Assembly: GCA_964036045.1 (NCBI GenBank)
Contig: OZ038378.1
Coordinates: forward strand, 105,214,001-105,278,000
Source: Eutreptiella sp. 'Long Island Sound 2002'
Lineage: Eukaryota > Protista > Euglenida
Length of the DNA stretch: 64,000 nt
Direction of reading: 5' to 3'
A program made the translations under genes and the position numbers. The notes below the pieces were generated by a model. That model had not been told where the DNA came from. It searched no databases and worked only from the letters and a program-made list of their open reading frames with translations. This document shows positions 50,582 through 62,175 of this stretch, piece after piece (positions within the stretch are counted from its first letter, which is position 1; each line of letters starts with the position of its first letter).

Positions 50582-53097
50582 CGGGGGTTCTCGAAGCACC
50601 TACAAGACGCCCTCTTCCCACCGTGGATCATGGGGCGCGGCTCCATGACCGTGTGGGAGGCACGCATAGTGGGTGAGGAATGGGCGCGCGAGTGGAGCCG
50701 GTGGTGCGCCGCCACGCGCGCCCCGGAGACCCCTGCGCAACGATACGCCGCCATCCCGCTCGAGAGATGGGGGCCGGACACCCGGCCGAGACCCACCGTG
50801 ATCCGCGGGGCGGGACCTGACCACCTGTGGGACGCGGCGACGGGGGAATGGCTGCAAGCGGCCCTGGGGCCGCAAACAGGATGGACTGGGGACGTGTCCT
50901 CACTCGTCACGACACCCGCCCCCCCCCCCCGCATCGTCCTTCACGCCGCCGACGTACTCCGGGCTACGGAGATACGCAAATGGGGACACGCCGCAGCCAC
51001 CGTCCGGTGGCACCCCCCAGAGGACGGGGCCGCCCAGCTTGCCGTGGCGCACTTCAAAGCTGGGGGGCCGGTATACGACGACGCCCTGTCCCGGCTGGGC
51101 GACACCCAGGGGCCCTTGCTCCTCATGCTCCCCACCGACATTGCAGCCGCGCTGCGCCAGGAGCTGGACGGCTGCGAAGGGCTGCGAGTCGGATGGGAGG
51201 CAGTCGCGGACGGCACCCTACTGGCCCTCTTCGACCGGGACGCCGCGAACGGGTGCCTATGGGATGCGCTGACGCCCCACCTCACCGGGCGCCACGTGTA
51301 CATGGCAACCCCCCCCCAGGGGCACCCCCGCCCAGCGTGCGACGACCTTATCGCCGCCTTCCAGGACCACGGGATTCTCCCCGACGACACGTGGCGGGAG
51401 GTCCAGCGGAAGACGCTCGGCAGGGACTACCGGCGCCGCGTCCGCGCCAGCCTGCTGGAGATCCGGGACCCCCTCCGACAGAGGTGGGACGACCTCCGGC
51501 TCCGCCATCTCGACCCTTGGTTGCCGCCCTCCCACCTCCCACACACCTGCCGGCTCTGCGGGGAATGTGACACGGTGTCCTCCGCAGCGTCGACAGGCGC
51601 CAACAGGTGCGCGCGGTGCGCCCAGGTGGCCGCGTGCCCCTGGCCCGAACCTCCCGCAGGCCCGCGCAGGCGCACAGAGGAGGAGGCCCTGCACCGGCGC
51701 ATTGAGGGGGCACACGCCCCCTCACACGAATGCGCGGGACCCGCGGGCGCTGCCCTTCTGTGGATCCACGTGCACCTGCGGGACCCCACATCCGTTGCGC
51801 ACCTGTCGCACGTGTTTGCGCCCTGACCCCCACCCGCCGCCGCCCTTTGCAGAGCCCGCAGTACCATGCCACGCTGACGGGGGGATGGCCCGGGACACGC
51901 CAGGGCCCGCCGCAAAGGGCAGGACGCGGCCGTCCGGGGCCTGGTGGCGGACGCGCCGGCGGAGGTGCACGAGGCGCAGGCTGCCGCACGGCGTGACCTG
52001 ACGGACAGTGCGAGGGCTTTCCTCAGCGAGACCGCCCTCCCGGCCGTCCGCGCCCTGAACGGAGCAGGGGCCCCTACGCTGCTCCTGGCGATGCACCGGA
52101 TCGTGAACGCGGTCCAGCCGGGGCTCATCAGCCCGGAGGCGGCCCTCTACGGGCACTGGATGGAGTGGCACGAGTCCAACCGGTCGGGCCGGCCCCTGTC
52201 CAGGGGGGATACCCTGCAGCTGACGGAAGCGGGGTCCGCCATGTCCCTCCGCAGCAGCGCCCCAGCCCTGCTGCACGCCCTCAGGATGCGCTACTCCGGG
52301 GACGCGGCCCCGTACCTGAACCAGGCGCGGGCCACATACCCGGGGGGAGTGTCCGAGCTGGATGCGGCGCTCCACCTTCTACACCCAGCGGACGAGGTCC
52401 TGGAGGTGGGCGAGATCACGGTGTTCGTGGAAGTCGCAGACGAGGCGCCCGCCCGCCCCCGGCCGACCACCCCGGTGTACGACGGCACCAGGCCGACCCC
52501 CCCGTACGCCATCGTATGCGAGGCGTTCCCCAGGGAGCCCACCTGGTGCCACGCCCTCCCGCCGGCGACGCACGCGCCCCGCGGCTGGGCCAACCCAGAC
52601 CTGTCCCCCCCCCTCTCCAGAACCGGGGTGCCCACCACAGGGGGCAGGTCCTCTGGCAACAGTGCCCTGGCACCCCCCTGCTCCTCCAGGTCGTCGCGAC
52701 CCGCAAGGACCCGGAACGGGTCCTGGGGATCACCCCAACCCACCTCTATCGGGCAGCACCCGTACCCCGCCCCACCCTCCCGGCGCCCGCGGCGCGGGAC
52801 GGGGTACACACCTTCCTGCGAACACAGGAGGTCACCGCCGTTACGGGGGTCCACCTAGTGCGGCTCCCCCCGGCACCACCCGACGACCCCCGGGGGCCCA
52901 GGGCCCTGGGCCCCGCCCCAGACTGGGGGCTGTGGCGCGACGCGTGGGCCGCGTGGCTCCCCCGCCTACCCTCCCAATGCCGATGGATGGCCGCCGGCCC
53001 CCGCCCGTGCGGGGCTGACGCCACAGCCGGCCCGCCACCCCCTCCCCCCCTCCCCCCTGCAGAGCACCGCACGGCACTGCCCACGTCACGGCACTGA
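50582..53097 (+). pseudogene. C-terminal portion of a long pol-like ORF of the GC-rich insertion
   Basis: Normal-complexity translation runs through ORFs 50630-51826, 51944-52858 and 52165-53097, with stops and a frameshift. It includes CRLCGEC and CARC clusters. Confidence 0.45.
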
Positions 53098-53158
53098 TGC
53101 ACCAGGAGGTAGTGGGAAGGGCGCACCTGCCACCACGCATGCCTACCAGGATAACAGT

Positions 53159-55072
53159 GATGGCAGACTCCGATGGCTGCCCCCAGCGGGACGACCGCCA
53201 CCACCGCCGGTCCCGCTCCCGCTCCCCCGTCTCCCCGGAGTGGACAGGGGAGACCCCCGCGGAGCGCGAGGAGCGGAGGCTGGCGGAGGCGGCGGTGCTG
53301 GTCGGACCGCCGCCGCCGGCCCAATAGCCTGAGCCAGCCGAGGTGACCGCCCCCGCCGCCCAAGCAGCAAGCCCTGCCGCCCCTCCCTGGGAAGGGGCCC
53401 CAGACGCGCGGGAAGCGGAGACCGCAGCCCCAGCGAGCCACGCCGCGGCCCCGACCGCCGCCCCCGGCACGCCGCCGACACGGGGGGTAGCCCCGGCGCA
53501 GGAACCGGGCGCATCGCCGAGGGCTGCCGCAGCCGCAGAGCCGTGCGGGGAGGGCGCGCGAGGGGTTGCGACCGCGGCCTTGGCGAGCCGCGCCACCGCC
53601 TCGGCCGGCCACGCCGCGGCCCCCAGCACGCCGCGAAAGCAGGGGAAAGACCCCGCACGGGCCACGGGCGCCTAGCCGGCGGCCGCCGCAGCAGCAGCAG
53701 TGGGCAGGGAGAGCGCGAAGTACCGCGCCCACGCCAACCCCACCCACACCCACACCAGTCCCCCCAAGCCGTTCCCCGCCAAGCCCTTCCCCCCGGGGCG
53801 GGTGCGGCACGTCCGCCCCCCGGCGCCCGAGCGCTCGCCGCCGGGCGTCACGCTGCCGCAGCTGCAAAGACAGCGGGACGCCCGGCGCGTGATCCAGGAA
53901 GGAGGGGACGGCGCGCAGGCAGAGCTGCGTGCCAGCCACGGGAGCGCGGAGCGAAATACAGGAGGCGACAGGGGAAGTGCCCAGGAGCGCGCAGGGAGCG
54001 GGCCAGGGCACGCGCGGCAGGGAGCAAGGGCGCAGCAGCGGAGGGGGACAGAGCGCAGGCAGCAGACGGCGCGACTCAGGGCAGGGGGCCGGGAAGGGGC
54101 CAGGGCACGGGAAGGGCGCGCAGGGGCGCAGGCAGGGCGCCCAGGTGCAGGGAGCGGGGCGAGGGACGGTGGGCGAGCGGGCGGGCCAGGGCGTGGGGGA
54201 CAGGGGGCGGGACCCACGGTACGGGCAGGGGGCCGGAAGCGGGCCCAAGGGCAAGGGCAAGGGCGCCACGGGCCCCAAGGGACAGACGGGACGGGGCATG
54301 GGAGCCCGGGGGGGAGGGCGGGCCGAATGGAGGGGGGCGGGGGGCGGGGCGCCCCCGCAGCCGGACGTGCAGCCGGTGAGGTGCATCCCCCCCGGCATCC
54401 AACAGATGCCGGCGCACCACGGCCACCACCACCACCACCACCACCACCACCTCTACAACATCGACCCTGGCGCCGGCGAGCTCTTCCCCCCCCAACCCCC
54501 ACGACCCAAGCACCATCCAGCCCCCCCCGCGCCGAGAGCGGAGCCGGCGCAGATGGCCTCGGCGGGGGGGGGGGCGGGGCGCGGCATGGGCGCTGCAGGC
54601 ACAGGGGCAGCGGGGGGAGCCGGCGCGAGGGGCACAGGGGGCCCGGCCCTGGGACCGGGACTGGGGCACGGTCCCGGACCCTCTGGTGGATGAGGCCCTT
54701 CCCCTGGTGGGGGAGGTGTACGGGTGGTTGTGCTGGGCCAACCAGGGGACCACCAGGGGGTTGAGGAACCAGCCCTTCGATGCCGTGCTCCTCCGGAGGG
54801 ACGGAGGAGACCGAGAGGTACCCCCAGGGGGGTGGGCAGCCCCTGAGGACCACGAGAGGGTCCTCAGGTCAGTGATCCGGGCGGCGTGGCCCGACAGGGA
54901 GCCGACGTGGCCGGCCTTCCTGGAAGGGGGAGCGATACTCCGCATCACGGATGCGGACGCCAACAACTGGCTCCCCCAGGCCTTGCGCAGCGCCCTCGCC
55001 CACTGGCGCTACCGCCGGCGCAACCCGCCGCCGCCACAGCCCCAGCCCCCACACAAGCGGCGGCGCAGGTGA
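53159..55072 (+). pseudogene. Additional downstream ORF of the GC-rich insertion (Ala/Pro/Arg-rich, ending in a globular-looking 128-aa segment)
   Basis: It starts MADSDGCPQRDDRHHRRSRSRSP and ends EALPLVGEVYGWLCW...LAHWRYRRRNPPPP...KRRRR*. Stops and frameshifts lie in between. Confidence 0.35.
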
Positions 55073-57977
55073 CGGCCCAGACGGCGGACGCGAAAAAGTG
55101 GGGGGGGGGGGCTGGGCCCCCCGACCCACGCCCCCCCCACGGTACGGCGTGACGAAGGAGCGCGCGCCACCTCCCGCGGGAGGGGGGGCGGATACAACGA
55201 GCGCGGGGGGGAACCTACTGCCCCGCAGCCCGCTAACCGCTGAAAGCGAACCCTCACGGCCGCCCTTGGCCGGCCAGCGCCGCGCGACAACGGCGCGAGG
55301 GACGAGGGACCCCAGCCAGGGCCTGCATGAGGGTCCGGCTCTAGGTAGAGGGGGGTGGGGGAAGGGTGCGACCCCCCAGCCGATGGCTGGCCCCCGGGGC
55401 CAGAACCGCCATGCCGCCCCCCCCTCAGCCGTCAGGAGGCGGCGCCAGGTGACCAGAGGCCCCCCCCCACTCCCCCTCCCCCTCCCACTCAGGCCCAAGA
55501 GCGGACGGAGGCAGACCGAGGAAACGGCGGCCCCGCACCCCCCCTGAAGAGGCCGCTGCACCCGGGGTGCGGGGGCACCACGGCTGAGGCAGGCGCCCGC
55601 ACGCCCTGCCCGCTGCCGGCCGACGGCGGACCTGCGGCGCCCAGGACAGCGCAAACGGAGCGGCCCTTTCAGAGGCCGGCCGGGGAAGACGGGGGCGCGA
55701 ACCAGGGCGGGGGGGTTCCCCCCCACTTCCCCCCCCCCCCCCCCCGCCGCACTGACCAGTTGGCGGCCGACCGGATCGCGCCCGACGCCTGCGGCCGCCC
55801 GGCAACCCCCACGGCACGAGTATACCCCGGAGCGGCACGCCGGAGACAACGCATGGCAGGCCGACGCCCCAGGGGGCGGGGGGGCGGCCCCCCCAGCCCC
55901 CCCCCCCCGCCCCCCCCCCAGCTTGGGAGCCACAGGAGCACCCTCCGCACCCCAGGAGCCGAGGGGGTGCCCCCCCTCCCCCAGAAGGGACCGCGACGCG
56001 GGGGGGGGGGGATGCGGCTGGACCTGCACACCGCGCGCCCCAGCGCCCCCAGCCGCCTGCTCCCGCGGGGGTCGCAGCCGAAGGTCGAGCCCACACCAGC
56101 GCGCCAGAGCAACGCGTGGACCAAGCTTGGGGGCGGCGCACGGCGGCGCACCAGAACAGTATCGAGGCCGCGCCCCACATGACGCTCCCATGACCACAGT
56201 CCACTCAGGGAGGGCAGAGGGGGGGTTCAGGTCTGCAGGGGCCCCCGGGGGAGCGGTCCACGGGCCGCCCCTCATCCCCCCCCACCCCGGGGCGGCCCCG
56301 CGACCCCGACCGCACGCGCACACCGGAGGGCAGTGCGCCGACGGCACGAGGGGGGCCAGGATGGGGTACCGCGGGCCGCCACCCAGAGGGGGAGCATGCA
56401 GGCCGCGGCGTGACCACCCCCCCCCTACCCCCCCCACCGGTCGCAAGCCGCGGGGGCCCCGGCCCCCACCCCCCGAGGCAGGGGGGATGGTCCCCCCTCC
56501 CCCCGCCCGAGAGAGGAGCCGGAGCGCGGCCCGCCCCCCCGCCCCAGTCGCCGGCTTCCACAGGAACCGCGGAGAACAAGCGAGCCCGGGCCAACGCGCG
56601 AGGACGCCACACAGATCGCGCCCAGTGAAGGCGGGCGAGCACGAACCGGAGTGGTATGGGGGGCCACGCCCCCCATTGACAGAACGACGCCAGTGACACC
56701 CGCTTTGTTGCCTGCCCAGGGAAGGCAGAGGGACGGAACGAGGCAGAGCGACCCCCCGCCCTACAGGCCCCTCCCCGGCCGCACAAACAGGGGGGCACGA
56801 CGCACGCCCCCCCCCCCCCAGCCTGCCCCCCGGCACACGAACGCCACGGACCCGCCCCGCGGCACGCAGCCCCCACAGGGCGTGCAGATCAAGGGGGCAG
56901 AGTAGGGCCCCCACGCCCGCACGCCCGCGCCCACAGCACGTGGATAGCGGACCCACACAGCCCGCCCAGTGGGCGGGCAGTCGGGGGAGGGGGAGCGCCT
57001 GACCCCAGACGCCCCTCGCAACAGTGGAAGGCACCCCCCCCGGGGACGCCCTTCCGCCACCCCCACAACCCCAAGCCAAGTAGGGGGGAACCGGGACCGG
57101 ACCGCCCCCCCCCCAAGCACGCCAGACGGAGCAAGGGACCGGGGCAGGACACGCGGAGGGGCACGGACCACGTGGAACGGCCCTACCAGCGCCCAGTGCC
57201 GGGACAGCGCGAGGTGCGCACGCCACACCACCCAGGGGGGGGGGGAGCGGACGCCACGGGAGCGCGAGCGCACACACACGCAAAGGGCACGCGGGGACTA
57301 CCAGAAGGGCAACCGGACCGAGCACGCGGAACGCACAGACCGCGTGGAATGGCGTACCAGCGAGCGAGGGTAAGGGACATCCGGACGGGACGGCCCGCCA
57401 CACGCAGCGCGGGACACGCGGGGCGGGAAGGGGGAAACGGGAGAGACACAACACCAGGTACCGGCCCGAACCCCCCGAACCGGCCTCGAGCGCCGCGCAC
57501 ACACGGACGGGGCACTGCACCCGCCAAGGCAGTAGTGGCGCACAGCGCCACGCCCCGACCCCTAGGCTAGGCAGCCTCCGCGCCAGCCCAAGGGGGTCCC
57601 ACTTGCGACAAGCCAATAGCACGGCCGCGGCGGCGCCGGCGCCCCGGGCGACCACGCATTAGGGGGGCGACGCAGTGGGTAAGCGCCTGCAGCCACGGCT
57701 GCAAATTGATGCACTGACCGGGGAGTGGCGAAACGGGGAAGCCGGGGAAGGACGGGGCTCCGAGCCCTGTGAACCCGGGGGACTCCGCCACCAGGCAGGA
57801 GGTGTGTCTTGGTGGGCCCCCCACTAGGACCCGGTGGGGAGGATATCACCTGGCCTGACCAGGTGGTTCCCCGGGGCAGAAAGGCGTCTAGTACCCGCAA
57901 AATCAAACCTCAAAACTCAAACCTCCAACGGAGCCCGGTTATGGAGATTCAAAGGCAACAGACCTCTCTCTGCGGAG

Positions 57978-60220
57978 TCAGGAGGGGGCTGAGTCTTCCT
58001 GGGTTGGTGTTGAGTCACACCATTGGCAATCCCACCCAAGCCATTCCTCCCTCACCGCGGTAAGGGAAGTGTAGAGTGCACACACCATACGATCGATTTC
58101 AAGCTTACAAGCCTCTCAAGATGCCTCCCATTGGGAGGGTGTGTCAATCCATACCTTTTTCCCCTTCTCTCCGGTCACCACGCCAACCACCGGTTGTACA
58201 CACCCCGGCCCCGCGCGTCCCCATTCGTCGCTCCCGTCCGCACCGCACTCCAAGGTTGTCTTCCACAAGACCCATCGGACTTTGCTTTTGGGTTGCCATC
58301 CGTGAGTCTCTCTTGCGAGCCCCCTTTCGATGTCCCCGATTTCACGTCGTTCCGGCACCGTCGTCTCCCGGCGGCCGGGTACCTAAGGACATGTGGCAAT
58401 GTGTTAAAACAACAAAAAAAAAGACCGTTTCCAAAGGCGAAACACAAATCGCATTGAAATATTTACATGTGCGAGTCGTTCGGTGTCCCACAACCACTCA
58501 CACGTGGTGTACCTCCCGCCCATCTTCTATTTGAACTATCTCATCCAACGGCTCTTTGTTACCATCGTCCGCCGGTGCCTTTTGCTTGGGCACTTCTTGT
58601 TGGGTGGGGTCGCCCTATGGAGAGGAGAGTGGGGTGATGAGAGTGTCGGCCATGTTGCATCGATGTTGAGTCGAAGTTGAGGCATGTGGATGTGACATGC
58701 ATCGTATACAATGCAAATTCGTCAAAATTGAAGGAAAGTTGCACCACCGTCGTACCGTTGCCCATACCTTCTTGCTTTTCTCCTTGTGTGCGGTGCGTTC
58801 CTCCGTGCGGTGCTTTCGGTCTTGGCGCTCTTGTTCTTTTTTCTTCTCAGCTCCTTTCACGCGCTTTTGCTCCTCCGCTCTTCTATTTCCCTTGTCCTGC
58901 TCTTTTATATCCTTCTTTTCTTGCCTTGCCTTCTCGTTGGCCTTGTCTTGGGCGATCATTTCCGCAATCATCTTCTTCGTCTCCGCCACACCGGCGTCCT
59001 CTTCTGCGGGGCGTCGGGCCCTTGTGTCCACCCCATGGGACCGGGCCTTCTTCTTTTCCTTCTCAGGGTGGCTTGGCTTTTCCTTATGCCTGAAATCGAT
59101 CCATGCCAAGGCCTCCTTGGTGGGCTTCGTGGGGCCGGCCACGTTGGCTACCGACGCTTGGAGGGCTTGAGCGTGTGCGTTGGTTTGGGGTTGGACTTCG
59201 TTGCTTTGGGGTTGGACTTGAAGTTGCGGAACTTGGGGGAAAGGCATTCCTTGGGCATGAGGTGGTTGAGCAAATTGTTGGAGTAGTTGAGATGTTTGGA
59301 GTTGTCGGAGCAGGGCAAGTCGTGTAGGTGAGCCTTGAAGCGGGGTGAACGTGGAGCCGACGAGGCGGGAGGATTGCACGAGGGGGCCCACCACGGAACT
59401 TGCTTGGGTCGCGGACCATGGGGCCCATGCCACGGGTTCTCGAGCTTGGCTTGGGAGCGCCCATACACCGCTTTTGGTGACCACCAGTACGTCCTGAACA
59501 TGAAAATGGAAGCAAAGGTGAAGCAAAGTTGCATGCAACATTGTTATCACACTAATGCACTACACAAAGTTGCACTCAACATTGGCTAAACATTGTCTAA
59601 CTAAGGCCATGTGACCCCAAGGAACCCCAAATGGAAAATTGTGGTACTACCTCGTCAAAGAAGGGCCTCCTTTGCTCGGTCGGTTGGGCCGCTACATGTT
59701 CCTCAACCTCTCGATTGATCGCCTCCTCTTTCACCCTTGGTTCTTCTCTCTTGGCTTTTTTGTGCTTCTTGTCCTTCTCCTTCGTCTCCCTCTTCTCCTT
59801 CTTCTCTTTCTTCGGTTGGGGTTGCTTGGGTTCGGGGAAGAGTGTGCGGCCCGTGGTCATACACCCCCCCACCACCTCGATGCTTGGGTACGTATTTTCA
59901 TACCCCCCCCCCTCGGCAACCTCCTGGTCCCACCATCCCCGCGGAAACGCCTCCGAAGCCGGGTCATAGAAGTAGAATTTGGCTTGTGGAGCAGATCCCC
60001 TTTACCACCGCGCGCACCGGCCATGCACACTTTGCCTGATCCGTACCCCTCAAATGCTCTCAAAATGTTGGCCCACTTCATTGGGCCGGGCGGATAGACT
60101 TGTTGGCATTGTGATATCTTTGGTACTGGGCTTGAGCACCCGCCACGTGGACAAGTTGGACGCCGTCACCGCCCACTTTACTCCCCATCCGCGTGCGCTC
60201 AGGAATGGGGATCTCAGTGA
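57978..60220 (-). pseudogene. Second spliced gene (or C-terminal extension) of the TIR element: K/E-rich coiled-coil protein of unknown function
   Basis: Three phase-0 GT-AG introns (59494-59650, 58615-58767, 58383-58466) give clean joins FFDE|DVLVV, KSKK|GDPTQ and RLAH|VPGRR. It ends WLGWDCQWCDSTPTQEDSAPS* at 57978. A few in-frame stops are present. Confidence 0.65.
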
Positions 60221-60289
60221 CGGCAATGTTGAATGAAAATTGGCAATGTTGAATGAAAATTGAACGGCAAGATTGACTAAGTCCAAAAA

Positions 60290-62175
60290 ACCTCGAAACA
60301 GGTGTTGTTATGTCGTTCATGGTTGAAACACCGGAACTTGTTGAGTGCCTTCAACAGCTCCCGTTCTTGCAAACTACAGGCAACCCGAAGATCACACAAA
60401 TGAGCATCGGAGCAGCTGTCCGTGAGGTTTTGGTTGAGCCGAACTCTTTGTTGAACCAAGGTTGAGCCCAAGTTGCACCGAAACTTCACCAAAGTTGCAG
60501 CGCACGCCGCCGAAGCAACGCCGAAGCCGAGGGAACGCCGAACGAACGCCGAAGCAACGCCCAAGCAACGTGGAGGCAACGCCAAAGCATCGCAGAAGCA
60601 ACGCCGAAGCAACGCCAAAGCAACGAAGCAACGCCGAAGCACCGCGGAAGTAATACGAAACAAATGAAGTAATGAGTAAGAGAGAGGTCTGAATTTCCGG
60701 CTGGTGGTGCTAAGTTGAATGCAACATAGGAAAAAAAACCACAACAAATTTGCACACCTCCTCCAGAAAATTGGAGTTCCGTTTTCCAATGTTGGGTGCA
60801 ACTTTGTATTCGTGGGGCGCCATGCAGGGAGAGCGCAACGCCATGCACATATGCACGCCATGCACGCAAAAGGCACCACAAAAAAAGCCACCACACGTTC
60901 AGGCCTACCCATCACAGTCAGAGATGGCCGATGCACTTCAATGCATGTAAAATGCACATCACAACCTGAAAATAAGGGTTGGGCACCTGGAGCAAAGGTT
61001 TATGTGTACAACCACGGCCTTGAACGGGCAGCATTTTCCCGCTGCGCACTTGGTCATGCCAAAGGGCATTGGCCTGTGCAGAGCGTGGAACTTCAGCACT
61101 CTCCAATGATCCATCATCCCAAATCCCAAAACTGTAGAGAATAGCCACCATCCAATGGGTAGTGATACCCAAGACATGGCGAAGCCAAGGTGAATCACTG
61201 CCGAGGAAAACACGCGTGGGATACTCCGTCCCACAGTACCCCATGGTGCCGGTGTTAATGAATTTCTGAATTCACCTCAGGTTGACACGCCATAGCCATA
61301 ACAATGCCACTGTATCGTTCTCCGGCACAACCGCCACGGCAAGTGTCCATAGGTAAGATAACATCCTCGACAACCGCCCAAAGTTGGCAAAGCCAATGGA
61401 CAACTGCACCCAAGTGCAGCCACCAACGGGCACACCATCACCACGAATGATGACATCCAAGAACCCAGTCAAGGAGGTGTCAAGGGCAGGGAAGACCCCC
61501 ATATCATGGTGTAAGTAATGTAGGTACTCCAAGAAGTCCGGCATGTCCCAGTTGCTTGGAACACCACCCGTGGCCTTGTGCTTCACCTTGGTTAGGACCT
61601 GCTTGCCTGCCAACCGGTTCCATTCCTGTTCGAAGGAGTTCCACGAAGGTAGTTTGGGGTATACAATACCATTAGACCCCCAAGTGGAGGTTTCTTGTCC
61701 ATACCAGGTGATGAAGTTAGGGTACCTAAAAGAGCATATAGCAAAGTTGAAACAAAGTTGCAACAAAGTTGCAATCAGCCACATTAGGGGGTAGCGGAAC
61801 CCCAACAAAGTTTACCAAGTTGTAATGCAACGTTGATGCAAGTTAGAGATTCTCAACAGGAATGCAACTTTTGGTGAAATGCAATTTCGGTTGCAATTTT
61901 GAAATTGCATGCTCTTGTGCACGGCACACCTTTTCTTTTGGAATTTGAAGGTCCAAAACCAGTTCCACTGCACGTTGAGGAGAAATTTGGAAGGGGCGCC
62001 GCCTACGCAGGGCATGGAGCAGTGTAGCAGCGGGGATAACTCGGTTCACCACACGTTTCAGTAGATTTTTGGCCCGTGGACTAGGTCCGAAAAAATCCAC
62101 AAGTTCTTTGGTAAGAGCCCGGTCTTCCAATCTGGAATAGTAGATTTTGAGGCATTTCCGGCCCCTGCTAGGCAT
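60290..62175 (-). pseudogene. Spliced DDE-type transposase with CxxH insertion-domain motif (Transib/RAG1/CMC-like)
   Basis: ATG at 62175. Motifs are LDVIIRGDG (D 61437-39), RVFLGSDSPWLRHVLG (D 61194-96), G...PLL.VP....VVMCILHA (CxxH 60945-56) and AVE(+1)ALNK (candidate E 60350-52). There is an intron near 61725-61929, premature TGA stops and at least one frameshift. Confidence 0.6.
60490..60650. repeat. ~11-bp tandem repeat (acgccgaagca) inside a probable intron of the transposase
   Basis: gccgaagcaac/gccaaagcaac are repeated. Confidence 0.75.

Larger units (their letters stand above)
50581..57922 (+). mobile_element. 7.3-kb GC-rich, apparently 5'-truncated non-LTR retrotransposon-like insertion
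   Basis: Exact 14-bp TSD ctccaacggagccc at 50567-50580 and 57923-57936. It has an A/C-rich 3' end (aaaatcaaacctcaaaactcaaac) and coding starts mid-frame at the first base. No RT or endonuclease domain is visible. Confidence 0.7.

Noticed and set aside
54416-54451. Poly-His tract suggesting a His-tag or vector contamination
   Set aside because: It is a (CAC)n microsatellite inside a GC-rich retroelement ORF, with no vector sequence nearby.
52746-57655. 928-aa and 550-aa minus-strand ORFs
   Set aside because: The GC-rich low-complexity sequence is open in most frames. The protein-like frames and the tail/TSD polarity are on the plus strand.
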